A stretch of DNA of 64,000 nucleotides from the human T2T-CHM13v2.0 reference genome, Homo sapiens. Shown here one piece after another: positions 40,690 to 62,950 of the stretch. The stretch lies in the NCBI RefSeq assembly GCF_009914755.1, contig NC_060942.1; one strand, written 5' to 3'. The notes below the pieces were generated by a model. It worked only from the letters and a program-made list of their open reading frames with translations. It was not told the DNA's origin and did not search any database. The position numbers and the translations under genes were made by a program. Each line of letters begins with the position of its first letter. The first letter of the stretch is position 1.

Positions 40690-41500
40690 TTCTTTTCAAC
40701 AAATGGTGCCAAAATAATTGAATATCCACATGTGAAAAAATAAAGCTGAACTCCTACCCAAGACAATCAACAAAATTGACTCAAACTGAATCAAAGTTTA
40801 GAAGAAACTCTTACTCTTAGAAGTAAATCCTCATAATATTGAGTTAAGAAAAGCCTTCTTAGAAACAACATTAAAGCACAAGTGCCCAAATTTAAAAAAA
40901 TAGGTAAATTGGACTTCCTCAAAATTAAGATCTTTTGTGATTTAAAGAATACCATTAAGAAAGTGAAAAGACAAAACAGAATGAAGGGAAATATTTACAA
41001 ATTATATATCTGATAAGTGACTTGTACCCAGAAGATATAAAAACCTATTATCAGAATAATAATCAAAAATGGGAAAATGATCTGAATAGATACTTCTCCA
41101 AAAAAGATACAAAACTGGCCAAGAAACATATGAAAAGATGGTAAAAATCATTATCTGAAAAATAAATGCAAATCTAAACTGAAATGGGTACCATTTCACA
41201 CCTACAATGGGTAAACTTTTAAAAAGTCAAATAAAAACAAGTTTTAGCAAAGATATGGAAAATGTGGAACCTTTATACCTTGCTGATGAGAATGTAATAT
41301 GGCACAGATTCTGTGGAACAGTTTAGTGATTTCCCAATGAGTTCAACATAGAGTTACCATATGACCCATCAATTTCACTCCTAGATATATACTCAAGAGA
41401 AATGAAAACATTTTTCACACAAAAATTTGTACATGAGTATTCACACCAGCATTACTCATAATAAAAACAACTTGAATGTTCATCAATGAATGAATGTATA
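40690..41500 (+). mobile_element. L1M ORF2 3' fragment
   Basis: ttttcaacaaatggtgc...gagttaccatatgacccatcaatttcactcctagatatatac. Confidence 0.8.
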
Positions 41501-41604
41501 AGTAGTGACTACTTCAATTTAGGGAAAATTCACAAGCTCCATTCCACCTGCATGGCTTTTATTTCATTGAACTTGACAGTTAATTAACTGGCTACACCTC
41601 TTTT

Positions 41605-41935
41605 AAGGCATTCATTCATTCACTCATTCATTCATTCATTCATTCATGATTACTATTGTATGCAAGGCACTGAGGATACCAACATAAAAAACAAAATACT
41701 TGCTCTCAAGCTCATCAAATAGTAGAGTGGGGTAGGATTAAGTACGATAAGTGATAGAAATATGGAATTGGTGCAGCGAGAGCAGAGTGCAGAGCAAACC
41801 TAGCTCTGCTCATGTGTGTATACTTGAGAGTCAGGCATAAAGAGAAAGGATATCAAAGGAACTTCCTTGAAGAGTGAATTGGAGTTTATTAAGTGGACAA
41901 GGGAGGATGTAGTCAACAGCATGTAAATGATGCAG
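41605..41935 (-). mobile_element. L2 3' end with (CATT)n
   Basis: cattcattcattc...tattgtatgcaaggcactgaggatac...tgctctcaagctca. Confidence 0.6.
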
Positions 41936-42023
41936 GAGAGGGAAGAGTCAAGGAAGATTTTTCTTGCTTCAATGTGTATTAACTTAATGAACTGCTGATC
42001 TCATTGATTATTAGAAAGGATCA

Positions 42024-42181
<158 letters not shown>

Positions 42182-42227
42182 AAAGGATCAAGCAGTATAA
42201 TTAAGAATAAAGTGTGATTTTTACTAG

Positions 42228-42523
42228 CCATGTTCACAAAACCTACTTTTGGTCAATAATTGGATGTTTTTACCTTTTGCCCTACACTTACTGACAAGGT
42301 TTGTGCTCCACTGAGATATCTCTTTAGTTGATTTTTAGATCCTTAAGTTTTATGGAGAATGTCTTTGGGGCAGTACAGCAATCTCAGCTGGGATCCCTTC
42401 CCCATTATTTAATAGATGTTGCTCTGTGTAGTCCTTGGTTTCCTGCACATTATATGAAAACTATGACATTATCTAATTGATGTGGTTCTGTAAAGATGAA
42501 AGGAGATAGAGCATATAGAGTAC
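42228..42523 (+). pseudogene. Pseudo-exon (C-terminal domain)
   Basis: tttttactag| ... C|gtaagc. Reads MFTKPTFGQ*LDVF...LRYL.../AISAGIPSPLF.../KTMTLSN*CGSVKMK with frameshifts, cf. L.QE..RF, G.VP..W and K.L..W. Confidence 0.6.
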
Positions 42524-43300
42524 GTAAGCATACTTGGTATATCATGAAATGTCAATACATTATCGCTAGTATTGTTAAGTATTTTATAATTTCAGCTTCC
42601 TATATTGAATAAATGAAAATGTTTTAATTTACACAGAATATTTTAATCTCATAGCTTTTACACCTCAGTGGGTAAGACCTAGATTGTTCAAAAAATATTG
42701 TTTGCTGACATATGTAATCATGACATAGAGACACAAAATTGGACCTCCATTACCATTAAAATGCTGGAACCCAGATGCACAGGAACAAAAGCCTACAGAG
42801 ATGAAAACCAAGTGGGCAAGGGAATAAAGTTATATATGAATAAGAGGACAGGGCAAAAGGCTGCCTTGAAAATAGGCAGACAGTCTAGTGAAGGTGGAAA
42901 GCTTGTGGGACTCAGAGGCCAACACAGCAGCAAATACAGTTGTCAGACAGCAGTGAGGAGCCAGGAAATTAGCAGGGACTAAAGCATATTAGCTGGCACT
43001 TATTTCCTAATCCAGTATGGAACAAAGATCTTTCTATTGGGTTTGCCCCATTGAGGAAGGTGGAGTGTTGTCACTACTTTTCCATATTGCTCACTAGACT
43101 GGCCCTCTGTTTGATTTGTAAGCTGAATGGATTTCATTTGTACAAATGAAATAGAACACATATGGATATTTGTGTGTATATACACACACATATCCATTTG
43201 TGTGTATATCCATAACATGCACATGCACACACACATTGATATACACATACATATATACACATGTGACATTTCTACCATATACATTGTAAATTTCTTCCAG

Positions 43301-43460
43301 AGTTAAATAACCTAAATGTCATTTCTTTCCTGTGTGGCTGCTTTCACTGAGCCTACTCCTACATGCATCTCTCTGTAGCATTTGTGGAAAAATTGCCAGT
43401 TTCTTTCTTGTTTCTTGGATGTTGTATTTTGATGAATGCTGAAATATCTATACTAAAAGG
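43301..43460 (+). pseudogene. Pseudo-exon (C-terminal domain; 3' end uncertain)
   Basis: tttcttccag|. Reads LNNLNVISF/CVAAFTEPTPTCISL*HLWKN, cf. FWLSGFF.PQ.FLT..LQ. Confidence 0.5.
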
Positions 43461-44339
43461 GCAGAATAGAAAAATGTCAGTTCTTAACACTTGACATTCA
43501 TCAAGCTTTATATGACTTTTCAAAAAGCTACTCCATGGAGAGAGGTAAAATGCTTTTTTTTAAAAAAAATCCAGATATACAGAGTAGAAGTCACCATAAT
43601 TACTGCCAGTACAAGTTCTTGCCTGTCCAAAGAATGATCTTCATTTATACATCCTCCTTTGTCCAATAGCTTTCTTTCTATAATAAATAGAATGGTCATT
43701 CAATGTCCCGCTACTGAATAAGGGTCATTATGTCCTCAAAGTATGACTTTTTTCAGAACTATTTTTAAATTTGCTCCTGAAAAGGAAATTCACTAATCAT
43801 TTATATTATTATTATGATTGTAATTACTATGTCCTTGGTATGCCATTTTAAAAGTGAACACACTGTAGATATGTGGGGTAAGGATTCCATTGAACTTAAT
43901 GCCATGGAATCTGACTTATTTATAATTGCTACCCAGTGAATTTAGACTAAAAATTACAAGACTCATTATGAGACAGAGATAAATATTTTAAAAGTAAAAA
44001 ATAAATTGTAGGTGCACTCACTTATGTCCATTTTTCTTTCCTGCACAGAGTAAGCTTTGACTGTAACTCTTTTTATGAACATGTTTAATATGATTCTCTT
44101 TTAAAAATCATTTGCATCAACCTCTTCCATTATGATCATATGCAACATAGTCTCACATATATATCTGACACAAAAAAATTAATGAATTGTCTTATTCTCA
44201 TTGCCAAAACAAATCAGCAGCTAGGGCAATTTTACAAAATTGACTCAAAGCTTGTATTTTTCACAAGTCTTGCTATGTGAAGTTCTAGCAATACTGGGTC
44301 CCACTGTGCTATTCCTTAGCTGCACTTCACTTTTAATTA

Positions 44340-44658
44340 CAGGTTGGGCACCCTTAATCTGAAAATCTCAAAATCCAAAACATTCTGAGTGCCAACATAA
44401 CACAGGTAAAAAGTTTTCATACATAAGTAATTAACACAAACTTTGTTTCACACACAAAATTATTAGAAATATTATATAAAATTACCTACTGGTTATGTGT
44501 ATATGGAATATATGAAACATAAATGAAATTCATGTTTAGACTTGGGTCCCATCCCCAAAATATCTCATTATGTATATGCAAATATTCCCAAATCCAAAAA
44601 CTCCAAAATCTGAAATACTTCTGAACCCAAGTATTTCAGATAAGTAATATTCAACCTG
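44340..44658. mobile_element. MER46C/Tigger4-family MITE
   Basis: TA|caggttgggcaccc ... aatattcaacctg|TA terminal inverted repeats. Confidence 0.85.
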
Positions 44659-45109
44659 TACTATTTTTCAAAACATGTAATTGGATTATATTTCAAAAAA
44701 TATTATTTCAGTGCTTGATAGATACCAATACTTTGGAGAATACAAAAGAAACATCCATCTTCAAAGAGTATACACTCTTCATGGGGACATAATGTAGATT
44801 TCAACCTTTATTCATAACTACCAGCCAATACTTAAAAGAATTATTTGCTATTTGATTAAAAAAAAACTGTCTTTAGGAAAAAATGAGAGGACAAAGCCCA
44901 TTTATCCTTAAGCTAAGTTGTATCAGCGTACAATGTATTAACTTCCTGTTAGCTGATATTTCTTTCTTTTAACCCTTCTACTGAAAGCCAATATAAAAAG
45001 TTCAGAGGACAAATTTGTTAATTTCCTTCAAAGCATAAAAACTCCTTCCAAGGGCAAGGCTACTATGGTGCCTGTTATTCAGAAGCTTACATATGAGATG
45101 AATTTGCTA

Positions 45110-45310
45110 AATCTTGAACATACTTTACCTAATTGTTCCAGAACTACTTTGTGAGGTATTATTTTCCTCGTGTAATAGATGAAGTGAGTCATAGAGTCAT
45201 ACAGTGACTTGTGCAAGATCTCATTGTCAGCAACTCTCTCAAACTCACATAGCAGAATGGTGTCCGACTCTGCCTCTGATGTACTCCACAGCCTGTGATC
45301 TTAACTGCTT
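45110..45310 (-). mobile_element. MIR fragment
   Basis: actactttgtgaggtattatt...agatgaagtgagtcatagag...gtgacttgtgcaagatc. Confidence 0.55.
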
Positions 45311-48300
45311 TATTTTACTTTTTTGAGACTCAGCACAAAATAATGTGCTAAAATTGGAAATTATTAAGTGTCTCATGTATTCTGTAAGCCATTCACATTT
45401 TTGGCAGTTTGTGTGGAGAGAAATTTCTTTTCACTAATGTAGAAGGGACTGACCTTGTAAAAGAGCTTCCATAGAACTGGGAATATTTGAGAGTGAAAGA
45501 GGAAGGAATAGCACACTTTCCTATTTACTTTTATGCAAGAGTTTTTCTGCTGATCATCATTAACTAACAAGTTTGAATTCTTAAATGAAGGTCTGTACAA
45601 AAATTCCTCCATGATGGAAAAGTTTTGCAAGCAACTGTAGAATAAGAAATGTAATGTTTATCTTCAAATAAAAGCAAAACAGCTAAATCTTTAAATTTTA
45701 TCTTCAAATGAAAGCAAAACAGCTAAAATAATTATTATAATTTTCTAGCCAAAATATACTGTTGACTTTTTCCAACAGGCGAATTTGTGTACTTCAATGA
45801 AAAAAAAAAACAAAATATGTATCTCTTGGTTCACAAATATATATTAAATATAGTGTGATTTTTTTTGGTCACAAATACCCTATTGCTATATTTGTCATGA
45901 CATTCCCTTGAGAAAACTACTAATGTAAAGTACTAAGTTTACATCATTTGAGCTAACACTTTAAAGGACAAGCCACTTAAATTCTCTCAATATAATCGCA
46001 AGTGTTTGGAGAAGTTTTTTAAATCAAATTCCAGTTGTCAATGTCACTCTACCTAGTGTTATCACAAATTATGCCAGACTTACTAACAGATACTACATTT
46101 AAGATGCTGAAAAATACCACTAGATTATATAAAATGTATAATTTCATTGAGAAAGGGGTTTTTGTTGATTTTCCCCATGAGTTAAGACACGTATCTATTG
46201 TTTAACTTTCTCCTCAAATAATAGGCCATGAAACTCTTCGATTGTTAATATTAAAAAGAAATAGCATGTGAGACTTCTGGAACAGTGAAGTAACAACCTC
46301 AGTGAATCCACTATCTCAAAAAAAGTAATAAAAATAATAGCAAAACTATCAACACCAATCATTTCACTGAAAATCGGTCAAAGGCACAGAACAAACAAAG
46401 TATTTATTCAAGAAAACTACTAAACCTGATAAGAACAGTAGGAGCTTGTAGCTAATTTGGGACTGCTCCCATCTCTCTTCCCTACATCCATGGAGCAGTA
46501 GCACTTCATCTCTAACAAAGGAGACTGATCTATTATGGAATTTTGTTAAAAGTTCCATTTCCAGAGCACAGTCAACATTTTGACAAGGGTTGTAGCTCCC
46601 TAGAGAATCCCTGATCTCAGGGAATTGGTCAGCATTTAATCTGACTCAGAGCTCAGTACTACAGAAAAAGTCCTAGCCCAAGGCATTAATCAAAAACAGT
46701 GACAACTTACTGGAATTTTTAACAACACAGCTGCCTAAGACTGATTTCAGTCAGGACAAACTAAAAACTGACCAAAAGTTTAATAGGAAAATCTAGGTAC
46801 AAGTTGATCATATGTAGGTTAAACATCTCTGACATGTTCATGGATATCTGGAATGCTGTACACATGAATAGGGTTCTTTGCATGCCCACAAAGAACTGGG
46901 AAATGAGTGGTTCCTGATTACTTACTTATAGCTGATCTCAAGACCCTATGCAAACAGGAAGTAAAAGTGAAGACTGACTTGTAAAATGCCAGAAATGAGG
47001 AAGTGTCCTTTTACACACAAATTTCCTTGGCAAAATATTGAAGACTTAGTCAAAGTATTTAAGGAAATATCCTGACTAGAAATTAGTGGACCATTAAGCA
47101 ATGAAGATCCAGGGAGGAACCCTAGAATCCAGGTTTAAAACAATGATTTTTTTAAAAAAGGAACAAAGAAAGAATTCAGTGGCCACACATTTGCTGCAGG
47201 AAATAGGTAATCTAAGAACAACTAAAACAAACATGAGGGAGGAGAAATCTGACTCCATAGTTCTTACAATATACTATCTAATATTTTTATTTTCAGCTAA
47301 AATGTTAGAACACATGCAAAGACACAGAAAAGTATGGGTTATTCTCAGACAGCAAGAGGATTCAAAAGAAAATACCTCTGAGGGGGTCCAGATGTTGGAC
47401 TTCATAAACAAAAACTTTAAATCACTATTATAAATACGTTCAAGCAAATAAAATAAGCCATGCAGGAAGAATTAAAAAACATTATAACAACTATGTCTTA
47501 ACAAATAACATAAATTTAAAAATATAAATAATTTTTTAAAAGAACCAAATAGAAATTCAAGATTTGAAAATAAAATAACTAAAACAAAAACTTCACAAGG
47601 TGGTCTACATTTGAGATGGGAGAAGAAAGAATCAGCAAACTTGAGAATAGGTTTATAGTGTTTATACAGTCTCAAAAAAAAAAAAAAGAAAGAAAAGAAA
47701 GGCAGAACAGGGCATTAGAGACTTGTGAGACACCAGTAAGCATATCAAAATAAGTATATGGAAGTCTAAGAAGAAGAGACAGAAGGGACAAAAAAAGTAT
47801 TTGAATAAATAATTGCCAAAACATTTATACATTTTATGAAAATCATCAGTCTACACATCCAAATGGTTCAACAAACTCCAAGCAGGATAAACTCAAAGAG
47901 TTTCACCTAGATGAATTATAGGCAAACTGTTGAAAATCAAGGATAAGGCCAATGTTTTGAAATCAGCAAGATAAAAATAACTTATTATATACCAAGAAGC
48001 CTCAAAAAGATTAGTAGGCTTCTCAATAGAAAGGACAGAGGCCAGAAGGCAGAAGATTGACATTTTTAAAGAGCTGAATGAAAAACATTGTCAATCAGGA
48101 ATTCTATATTCAACAATACTATCTTTCAAAACTGAAATGGCAATAAAGACATTTTCAGAGTAAAAGGACAGTGAATTTCTCATCAGTGGACTTGCTCTAC
48201 AAGAAATACTAAATGGAGCATTTCAGACAGAAAAGAAAAAACTTAAATGGAGACTTATACCTATTCAAAGAAGAAAAACAAACTTAAAGGGAATCACATG

Positions 48301-49591
48301 GGTAAATACAAAAAAGAAGTATGGCATTTTAAAATTATTTTCTTCTTCTAATTGATTAAAGGACAACTGCATGAAACAATAATTATAAAAATAAACCAAT
48401 AGGCTTATAATGTGAAAGACATAATTTGTGTGACAATACTAGCACAAAAGTTGGGGGATAAAAGAAAGAGGTATGTCTGTGTATACAGCCAAGATACATA
48501 GCAAAGGAGTATATAGCAAAGCTTCTATGTACTATTGGATTTACTGAACAGTAATCTGAAGTAGATTTTCTTAAATTAAGATGCATATTGTAATCTACAG
48601 ATAAGCTACTAATAACTCAAAATGTATAGCTAAAAAATTAAAGGATTTTAAATGGCAAACCAGAAAGTATATATGTAACACAATAAGGAAGCAATAGAGG
48701 GAAAAAGAAATGAAAAAGACAACACATATAGGATACAAATACAATAGCAATATAAATCTTACAATATCAATAATTTTATTTAATTTCAAAATATAAAACA
48801 CTCCAATTAAAAGGAAGAGGTTATAAGACTGAAAAAAAAGACAGCTTTCAACTATATCTGTCTATAAAAAGATACACTTTAGATTCCAAGGCACAGAATG
48901 TTTGAAGTAAAAAGTAAAAGAATGGAAAAAGATATATTATGCAAACAGTAACCCAAAGAGATCTGAAATGACTATACAAATATCAAACAAAACACACTTT
49001 AATATTTTAAAATGTTATTAATTATGAAGAGAAATAGTTTACAATGAAAAAAAGAATTAAATTTAGCAGGAAAATATAACAGTTACAAACATATATGCAC
49101 CAAACGACAGGACCCCAAAATACATTTAGCAAAAACTGACAGAATTGAAGGTAGAAGTTCTCAATTCAACAATAAGAGTTGGAGACACCTATACTTCACT
49201 CTTAGTAACAGACACATCAACTAAATGGAATATCACCTAAGATATAACAGACTTCTGCAACACTATAAGTCAACATGACATTACACTTAACTATAGACCA
49301 TGCAACCTTAAAACAACAGAATACTACACATTCTTTTCAAGCACACATGGAATGTTCTCCAGGATGGAGCATATATTAGAACATTTAAAAAATCTGAATA
49401 AATTTTAAAATATTAAAATCATACGAAGTATGTTCTCTGATCACAATATGTAATTGGGTTTAAACAACAGAAGGACATTTGGAAACTCCACAAGTATTTG
49501 GAAGTCAAGCAATAAATTTTGAACCCATGGGTCAAAGACAATATAAGAGAAACTAGAAAGTACTTTTAACTGTATAAAACTGAAAACATAT

Positions 49592-49933
49592 TGATATGGT
49601 TTGGATTTGTGTCCCTGCCCAAATCTCATGTCAGAATTGTAATCCCCAATGTTGGAGGAGGGGCCTGGTGGGAGGTGATTGGATCATGGGGACCTCCCTT
49701 TTGCTGTTCTAGTGATATAGTAAATGAGTTCTCATGAGATCTGTTTGTTTAAAAGTGTGTAGCACCTCCCCCTTTACTCCTTTGCCTTCTTCCATGATTG
49801 TAAGTTTTCTGAGGACTCCCCAGCCATGTTTCCTGTATAGCCTGTGGAACTGTGAGCCAATTAAATCTCTTTTCTTTATAAATTATGCAGTCTCAGGTAG
49901 TTATTTATAGCAATGTGAGAAGAGACCAATACA
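49592..49933 (+). mobile_element. MSTA-type solo LTR
   Basis: tgatatggtttggatttgtgtccc ... gaccaataca, 5-bp TSD catat/tatat. Confidence 0.9.
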
Positions 49934-50487
49934 TATATCAAGATTTAAAAGATGCAATTAGAGCAATTTATAGAGAGAAATCTAAGAGCTTTATGTTCCT
50001 ATATTAAGAAAAACAAATGTTTCAAATCAGTAACCTAATTTGCACCTTAAGAATTTGAGAAATGAGGGCAAACTCAACCCAAGGCAAAGAGAAGGAGAAA
50101 ACTCTAAAGAATAGAAGGGAAATCAATTAAGCAAAGAAAACAAAAAAAATTAGAGAAAATCAATGAAACTACAGTTGGTTCTTTGAAAGATTAACAAAAT
50201 TAACAAATTATGTAGATTAACCAAGAAGGAAAAAAGAACAGATAAAGTTCACCAAAATTAGGAATAAAAGAAGGGACATCACCACTGACCCTTCAGAAAT
50301 TATAGGAATTAGAATACCATAGTACAATTTATGCTAACGAATTTGACATTGACTAAATTGATTCATAAACACAAATTAGCAAAACTGACTTAAGAATAAA
50401 TAAAAATCTTAATAGAACTATTAAGTACACAAGTAAAGAAATTGCACTAGTGATCAAAAATCTTTCAACAAAGAAAAGCCTAGGCCC

Positions 50488-50819
<332 letters not shown>

Positions 50820-53487
50820 CTACAAAACATTTAAAAAAGAAGTAATACCAATATTCTACAGCTCTTCCAAAAACATAGAAAGACAAAACATATTCTAGCT
50901 CCTTTTCTGAGGCCAGTATCACCCTAATAGTAAAGCTATGCAAATATGTAATGAGAAAATAAAATCACGGACAAATATCGGTCATTAATATAAATGCAAA
51001 AATCCACAACAAAATATTAGCAAACTGAGTCCAACAACATAAAAACAAATTATACAGTTGAGATTTATCTCATGAGTGTAGGGCTGGTTTAATACTTGAA
51101 AATCAATTAATGTTGTATATCATATTAATAAAAAAGAACAAAAGCTAAATGATCATCTCAGTAGATGGATAAAAGCATCTATTGAAAAAAATCTAACATC
51201 TCTTCATGATAAAACTCTTAATACAGTTTGAATATAAAGGACATTCCTCAACTGATGAAGAGCATACAAAAAAACATTTTATGTGTATCACCATACTTAA
51301 TGATGAAAGACTGAAGGCTTTTCCCTAAAGATTGAGAAAAGGGCAAGTATGCCTACTCTCACTTTATTACATAGAACAATTTAGCCAGTGTAAAAGGCAA
51401 GAAAAAGAAAAAGAAATAGAAATAAAAGGGAACAAAATTGGAAAAGAAGAAGTAAAACTTTTGTGATTGTCAGAAAACATGATCTTGTGTACAGCAAAGC
51501 TTAACTAGTCCACAAAACCCTACTGGAAGTGATAAATTACTTCAGCAAAGTTTCAGGATACAAGATTAACATTCATATAGATAAATAAACTTTATTTCTC
51601 TATATTGGCAAGGACAAATCTAAACATGAAATTAAGAGAAAGATTTTATTCACAATAGCATCAAAAGGAATAAAATATTTAGCAATAAATTTAACCTAAG
51701 AGGTATAATATCTGGACACTGAAAAGTTCAAAACATCAGTGTAGACAATTTTAAAAGATCCACACAAATGGAGAGATATTTCATGTTTATGAATTAGAAG
51801 ATTCAACATTGTTAAGATTATAATTCTCTCCAATTTGGTCTACAGATTCAATGCAATTCACGATGAAAATTTCAGCTGAATTTTTTTTGCAAAAAATATA
51901 CAAGATAATCCACAAATTTATATGGAATCACAAAAGACTAAGAATTTGTCAAAACTGTTTTTAAAAAGAGCAAAGTTGGAAAACTTTCACTTCCAACTTC
52001 AAAACTTACTTTCAACTACAATTACTAAGTGTGTTGCTCTGGCATAAATACATAATTTACATAAATATATATGTACACACACATATATATATGAAACAAA
52101 AACTGAGAGTCCATAAATAAACCTTTATATTTATGATGATTTGATTTTTGACAAAAGCGCTAATTCAATTCATTGAGGAATGGATAGCCTTTTAAAACAA
52201 ATGGTGGTTGGACAATTGAATATCATATGCAAGAGTATGAACTTGGACCATTATCCCACACCAAAAACAAAAATTACCTCAAAATGGGATATAAACTTAA
52301 ATGTAAAAACTAAAATGATAGGAAGTTCTCATTATTTCAAAAGATAACATAGAAGAATTTCTCTGCAACCCTGAGTTAGGCAAATATTTCTTGTATATAA
52401 TACCAAAAGTGTGATCTTTAAGACACAAAATTGATCAGTTGGTTTTTATCAAGCATAAAAAGTTTTTCTCTTCAAAAGGTATCAGTTAGAAAATAAAAAG
52501 ACAAACAAGAGTCTAGGAAAAAGTACTTGTAAAACACACATCTTATACAGGACTTAGGTCCAAAACATACCAAGGAGTCTATACCTCAGTAGTAAGAAAA
52601 CTGTCAAATAATAAAAATGGATAAAATATTTGAATAGACATTTCACCAAAGAATATATATGAATGGTTAATAAACCCATGAAGAGATGCTCAACTTATTA
52701 GTCATCAGGGAAATGTAAATTAAAGCTACTAGAATGGCTATACAAAAAACAAAAGACAATGGCATAGGTTGATGAGGATGTCGATAAACATTCTCATATA
52801 TGTTTGATACATTAGTGATGGTAATGTAAAATGGTCCAGCCACACTGAAAGTAGTTTAGAAACTTATTTAAAAGTTAAATATAAATTCACCATAATAAAT
52901 AGCAATTCTATTCTTAAGTATCTACTCAAGAATAATGAAATCAGATATCCACACAAAGATTAACACGCAAATGTTCTTACCAGCATTAATCATAATAGCC
53001 AAAAAATGAAACAACCTATATTACCATTAACTAGTAGATAGAAAAAATGTCATATACTCATATAATGAAACACTATTCAGCAATAAAAGGGGTAGAAGAG
53101 CCTACTGATACATGCTTCAACATGAATGAACCTCAAAGACATTGCTAAATGAAAGAAAAGTGCCCTTCAAATGAGTGTAATATATGTATATAAAATGTGT
53201 TCAATAAAATTTTAAAAGATGTGATTCAGCAGTAAACATGCCCTGTCCTCTAACTCCTATGAAGCTGAAAGATTTGCCTTGGCATTGAGGAGAATAACTG
53301 TGAAAATGTCCTTGAAAATTGTAACCTTAAGCAGGTCCTCACAAGAATATCAGCCTAAATTGTTCTTGCAATACACACACCTTAAGCAATGAATTAAGTT
53401 CAAAGTTGTTCCTGATGTATACTTTTCTGGTCACTTGACAGAAGCAAATATAAATTAGTCATCATCTTACCCTCAAAAACATCTTGT

Positions 53488-53906
<419 letters not shown>

Positions 53907-54153
53907 TTACTATATAAAATATAAGAAGTGTAAAAACATATGCAGAGAAGAGAAAATTATCAAGAATCACCATGCATGTCTGAAAAATAATATAATTTTT
54001 AGAAATTAAAAGTAAAATAAGCCAAAATTTCTATGGAGAATTTGAACAGCACATTGGACACAGTTGAAGACATAGATGATAAACTTGAAATATTACAAAT
54101 GAAATTACCCAGAATACTTTACATAGAGAAAAATAGATTAAAAATAGAGATGG

Positions 54154-60665
<6,512 letters not shown>

Positions 60666-60782
60666 AAAAGAGATGGAAAATAGACAATTATAAGACATGG
60701 AAATAATATGCATTAGTTAGGGTTTCAAAAGGATAGGAAATTAAGAATGTGGCAAGTGCAGTATTTGGAGAAATAATGGCTC

Positions 60783-62000
60783 TGAGGTAGATTGATTGCA
60801 AAAATTGCTGCAGTTCTTTACCCCTCCCTGTATGCATGCTCTTTGCAATGTGACTTTGGAGAGGCACCCATCAAGAAGTGGAATTCATTTTCCCATGCTT
60901 TGAAAATAGGCTGGCCTCTTGACTTCCTTTGAACAATAGAATGCATAAGTGACAGAGTGCCTGTTCTGAACTTAGGCTTCAAGAAGTCTTAGGTGGTCCT
61001 ACTCTTTCTCTTAGAGCCTTATCACTGTCATGTGGAAAACCTCCCTGCTGGAGAATGACAACCCATGTGGAGGAAAGCCCAGTTTCAGCTGAAGACATCT
61101 TAGACAAGCCAAGGGTCAGCTGAGCCCCACATATGTGAGACAGTCCTGTCAAGATCATCAGAACAGACTACCTACCTGTCTTATAGTTGACTGAAAATTC
61201 ATGAATTAGCCCGTCCAAAGTGGGCTTCCCTGGTGACCTACAAAATTTAGAATAAGTCTTTGTTTGTAGACTTAGAAGGAGGAAAATGTATATGGTAAAC
61301 TTTTGAAATTGGCCAAGATGATAACCAGGCAGAATATTAAAAGTGTCAGCTGACTGTTCTTATCTGTGCAAGGCACAGAACTGAAAAAAGAAAAAAGAGA
61401 GAGGGAGATGACCTAGTAGGAGAACTGGCCACTGCACTAGTGTAATTTAGAGGAAATATAGAGAGTTGGAAAATAGATACATTTTTAATCTCCAGTCTCT
61501 CAGTTAGTAAAATTTTCTCAATGTAGAATGATGCCTGAGGACTAAGATAAAAATCAAGAATGTGATTCTAAGACCCTTTTTGCCAGCAGGTTTTCTCATC
61601 TAGACAAAAGGGATTTCTAGAACATTCAAGGGCATAATGCATAGAAGCCTAATACCAACATAGTAGTAATTAGAAGAAAGCAAATTTCAAAAACAATTGT
61701 GGATGTGATGCTTGAGGTAGAATGTAATCAGATACGTTGAATATCCACCAAGTTTTAAAGTAAATTGAGTTGGCAAAAGAGCACTAAGTTTATATTAAAA
61801 GAGACTGAGAGTGTTCAAATTGCAATAAGACCTTTGGGTCCCCAGTTTGCTATGAGCAATAAGCAGGTTGAGATGTCTACTCAATGCCCAAAATTTGTCA
61901 TTCTTTAGAGGTGGTCAAGCAGGTTGAGTAGAAAGGATAAATGTCTTAGAGGGAAAATACAAGAAATGAGGACTCATAACCATTAGTAGGACATAGATTT
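60783..62000 (+). mobile_element. Old MLT1 (F/G/H-like) LTR plus probable internal sequence
   Basis: tgaggtagattgattgcaaaaattgctgc...ctttgcaatgtgactttg...ggctggcctcttgacttcctttgaacaatagaatg. The internal part is less certain. Confidence 0.65.
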
Positions 62001-62250
62001 TCTTACATATACATCAATTTTCTTGAATCATTACTTGTAAGATCTAGCAAAGGAGGTAAATTAGATAGCAATCTTATAGCATTTTTAAGTGAATACATTA
62101 AGACACCAGACTTTAAAAGTTCAATATTTGATTCTTGTTTGGCTTATTCATCCATTCATTCATTCGTTTTTATTATCATTGCTGGATTAACTAACAAGTC
62201 CACTAGGAAAGTTTTCACTAAAAATATGAATAATTTATTGCTATTGATAG

Positions 62251-62379
62251 AAGCAGGATAGCATTCATCATTTCTCTTGATCTGGAGTTTATGTCTACTA
62301 CATCACCAACCGCCTCTATTCTCATTGGAAAATTCTATTAATGCAGAGAAAGCCCCAGTTCTCTTCATTTGAATGCAAG
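62251..62379 (+). pseudogene. Candidate penultimate pseudo-exon
   Basis: gatag|. Reads KQDSIHHFS*SGVYVYYIT.../ENSINAEKAPVLFI*MQ, cf. P.DGVYV.GL and MPV.W. Donor decayed. Confidence 0.5.
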
Positions 62380-62688
62380 GGGAAAATGCTATTCTATTGC
62401 TTGAAAGACAAAACTTTTCTATTTCCTATAAAATTTACATATATAGATAGACATAGATATATTTATTGACAAAATACCACAAATAAAATAGTATTCCCTT
62501 TTCTTTAATACATGCAATAAATTATAAAACTTAATGTTCACTCTTTAAACATAAAGAAAAAAGTAATCAATGGCATAGGCTTCACTCATCTTACAATTTA
62601 TTGTGTGCCATGCTTTATAATGTAGTCTTTGCAGTGAAAATCACTTATATAAACTTATATAAAATAAGTTATTTTCTTCTTACTGCAA

Positions 62689-62950
62689 ACTCTTGTTCTG
62701 TAAAACATAACCATATGGATAAAAATGAAGGCTACTTGCAGGATTTGTTTCAAAACAGAGATTATACTTGAAACAGTAGCAGAATAACAAACACTTCATG
62801 CAGTTCATTGCACTACTATCATTGAAACTCTACAAAGCAATCAAATTTATCTGAACAGCCAAAAGTGTGATGAGACCCCGCATGATTAAAACTCTGAGCA
62901 TATTTATGTCTTGCTGAATGCCTGCGTGTTTCATGGGTTTTATTAATAAC
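62689..62950 (+). pseudogene. Candidate terminal pseudo-exon
   Basis: Polypyrimidine tract with acceptor decayed to tgcaa. Reads ...NEGYLQDLFQNRDY...LSEQPKV...*LKL*AYLCL, weakly like Y.CP.Y....R and W..RGVALLC. Confidence 0.35.
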
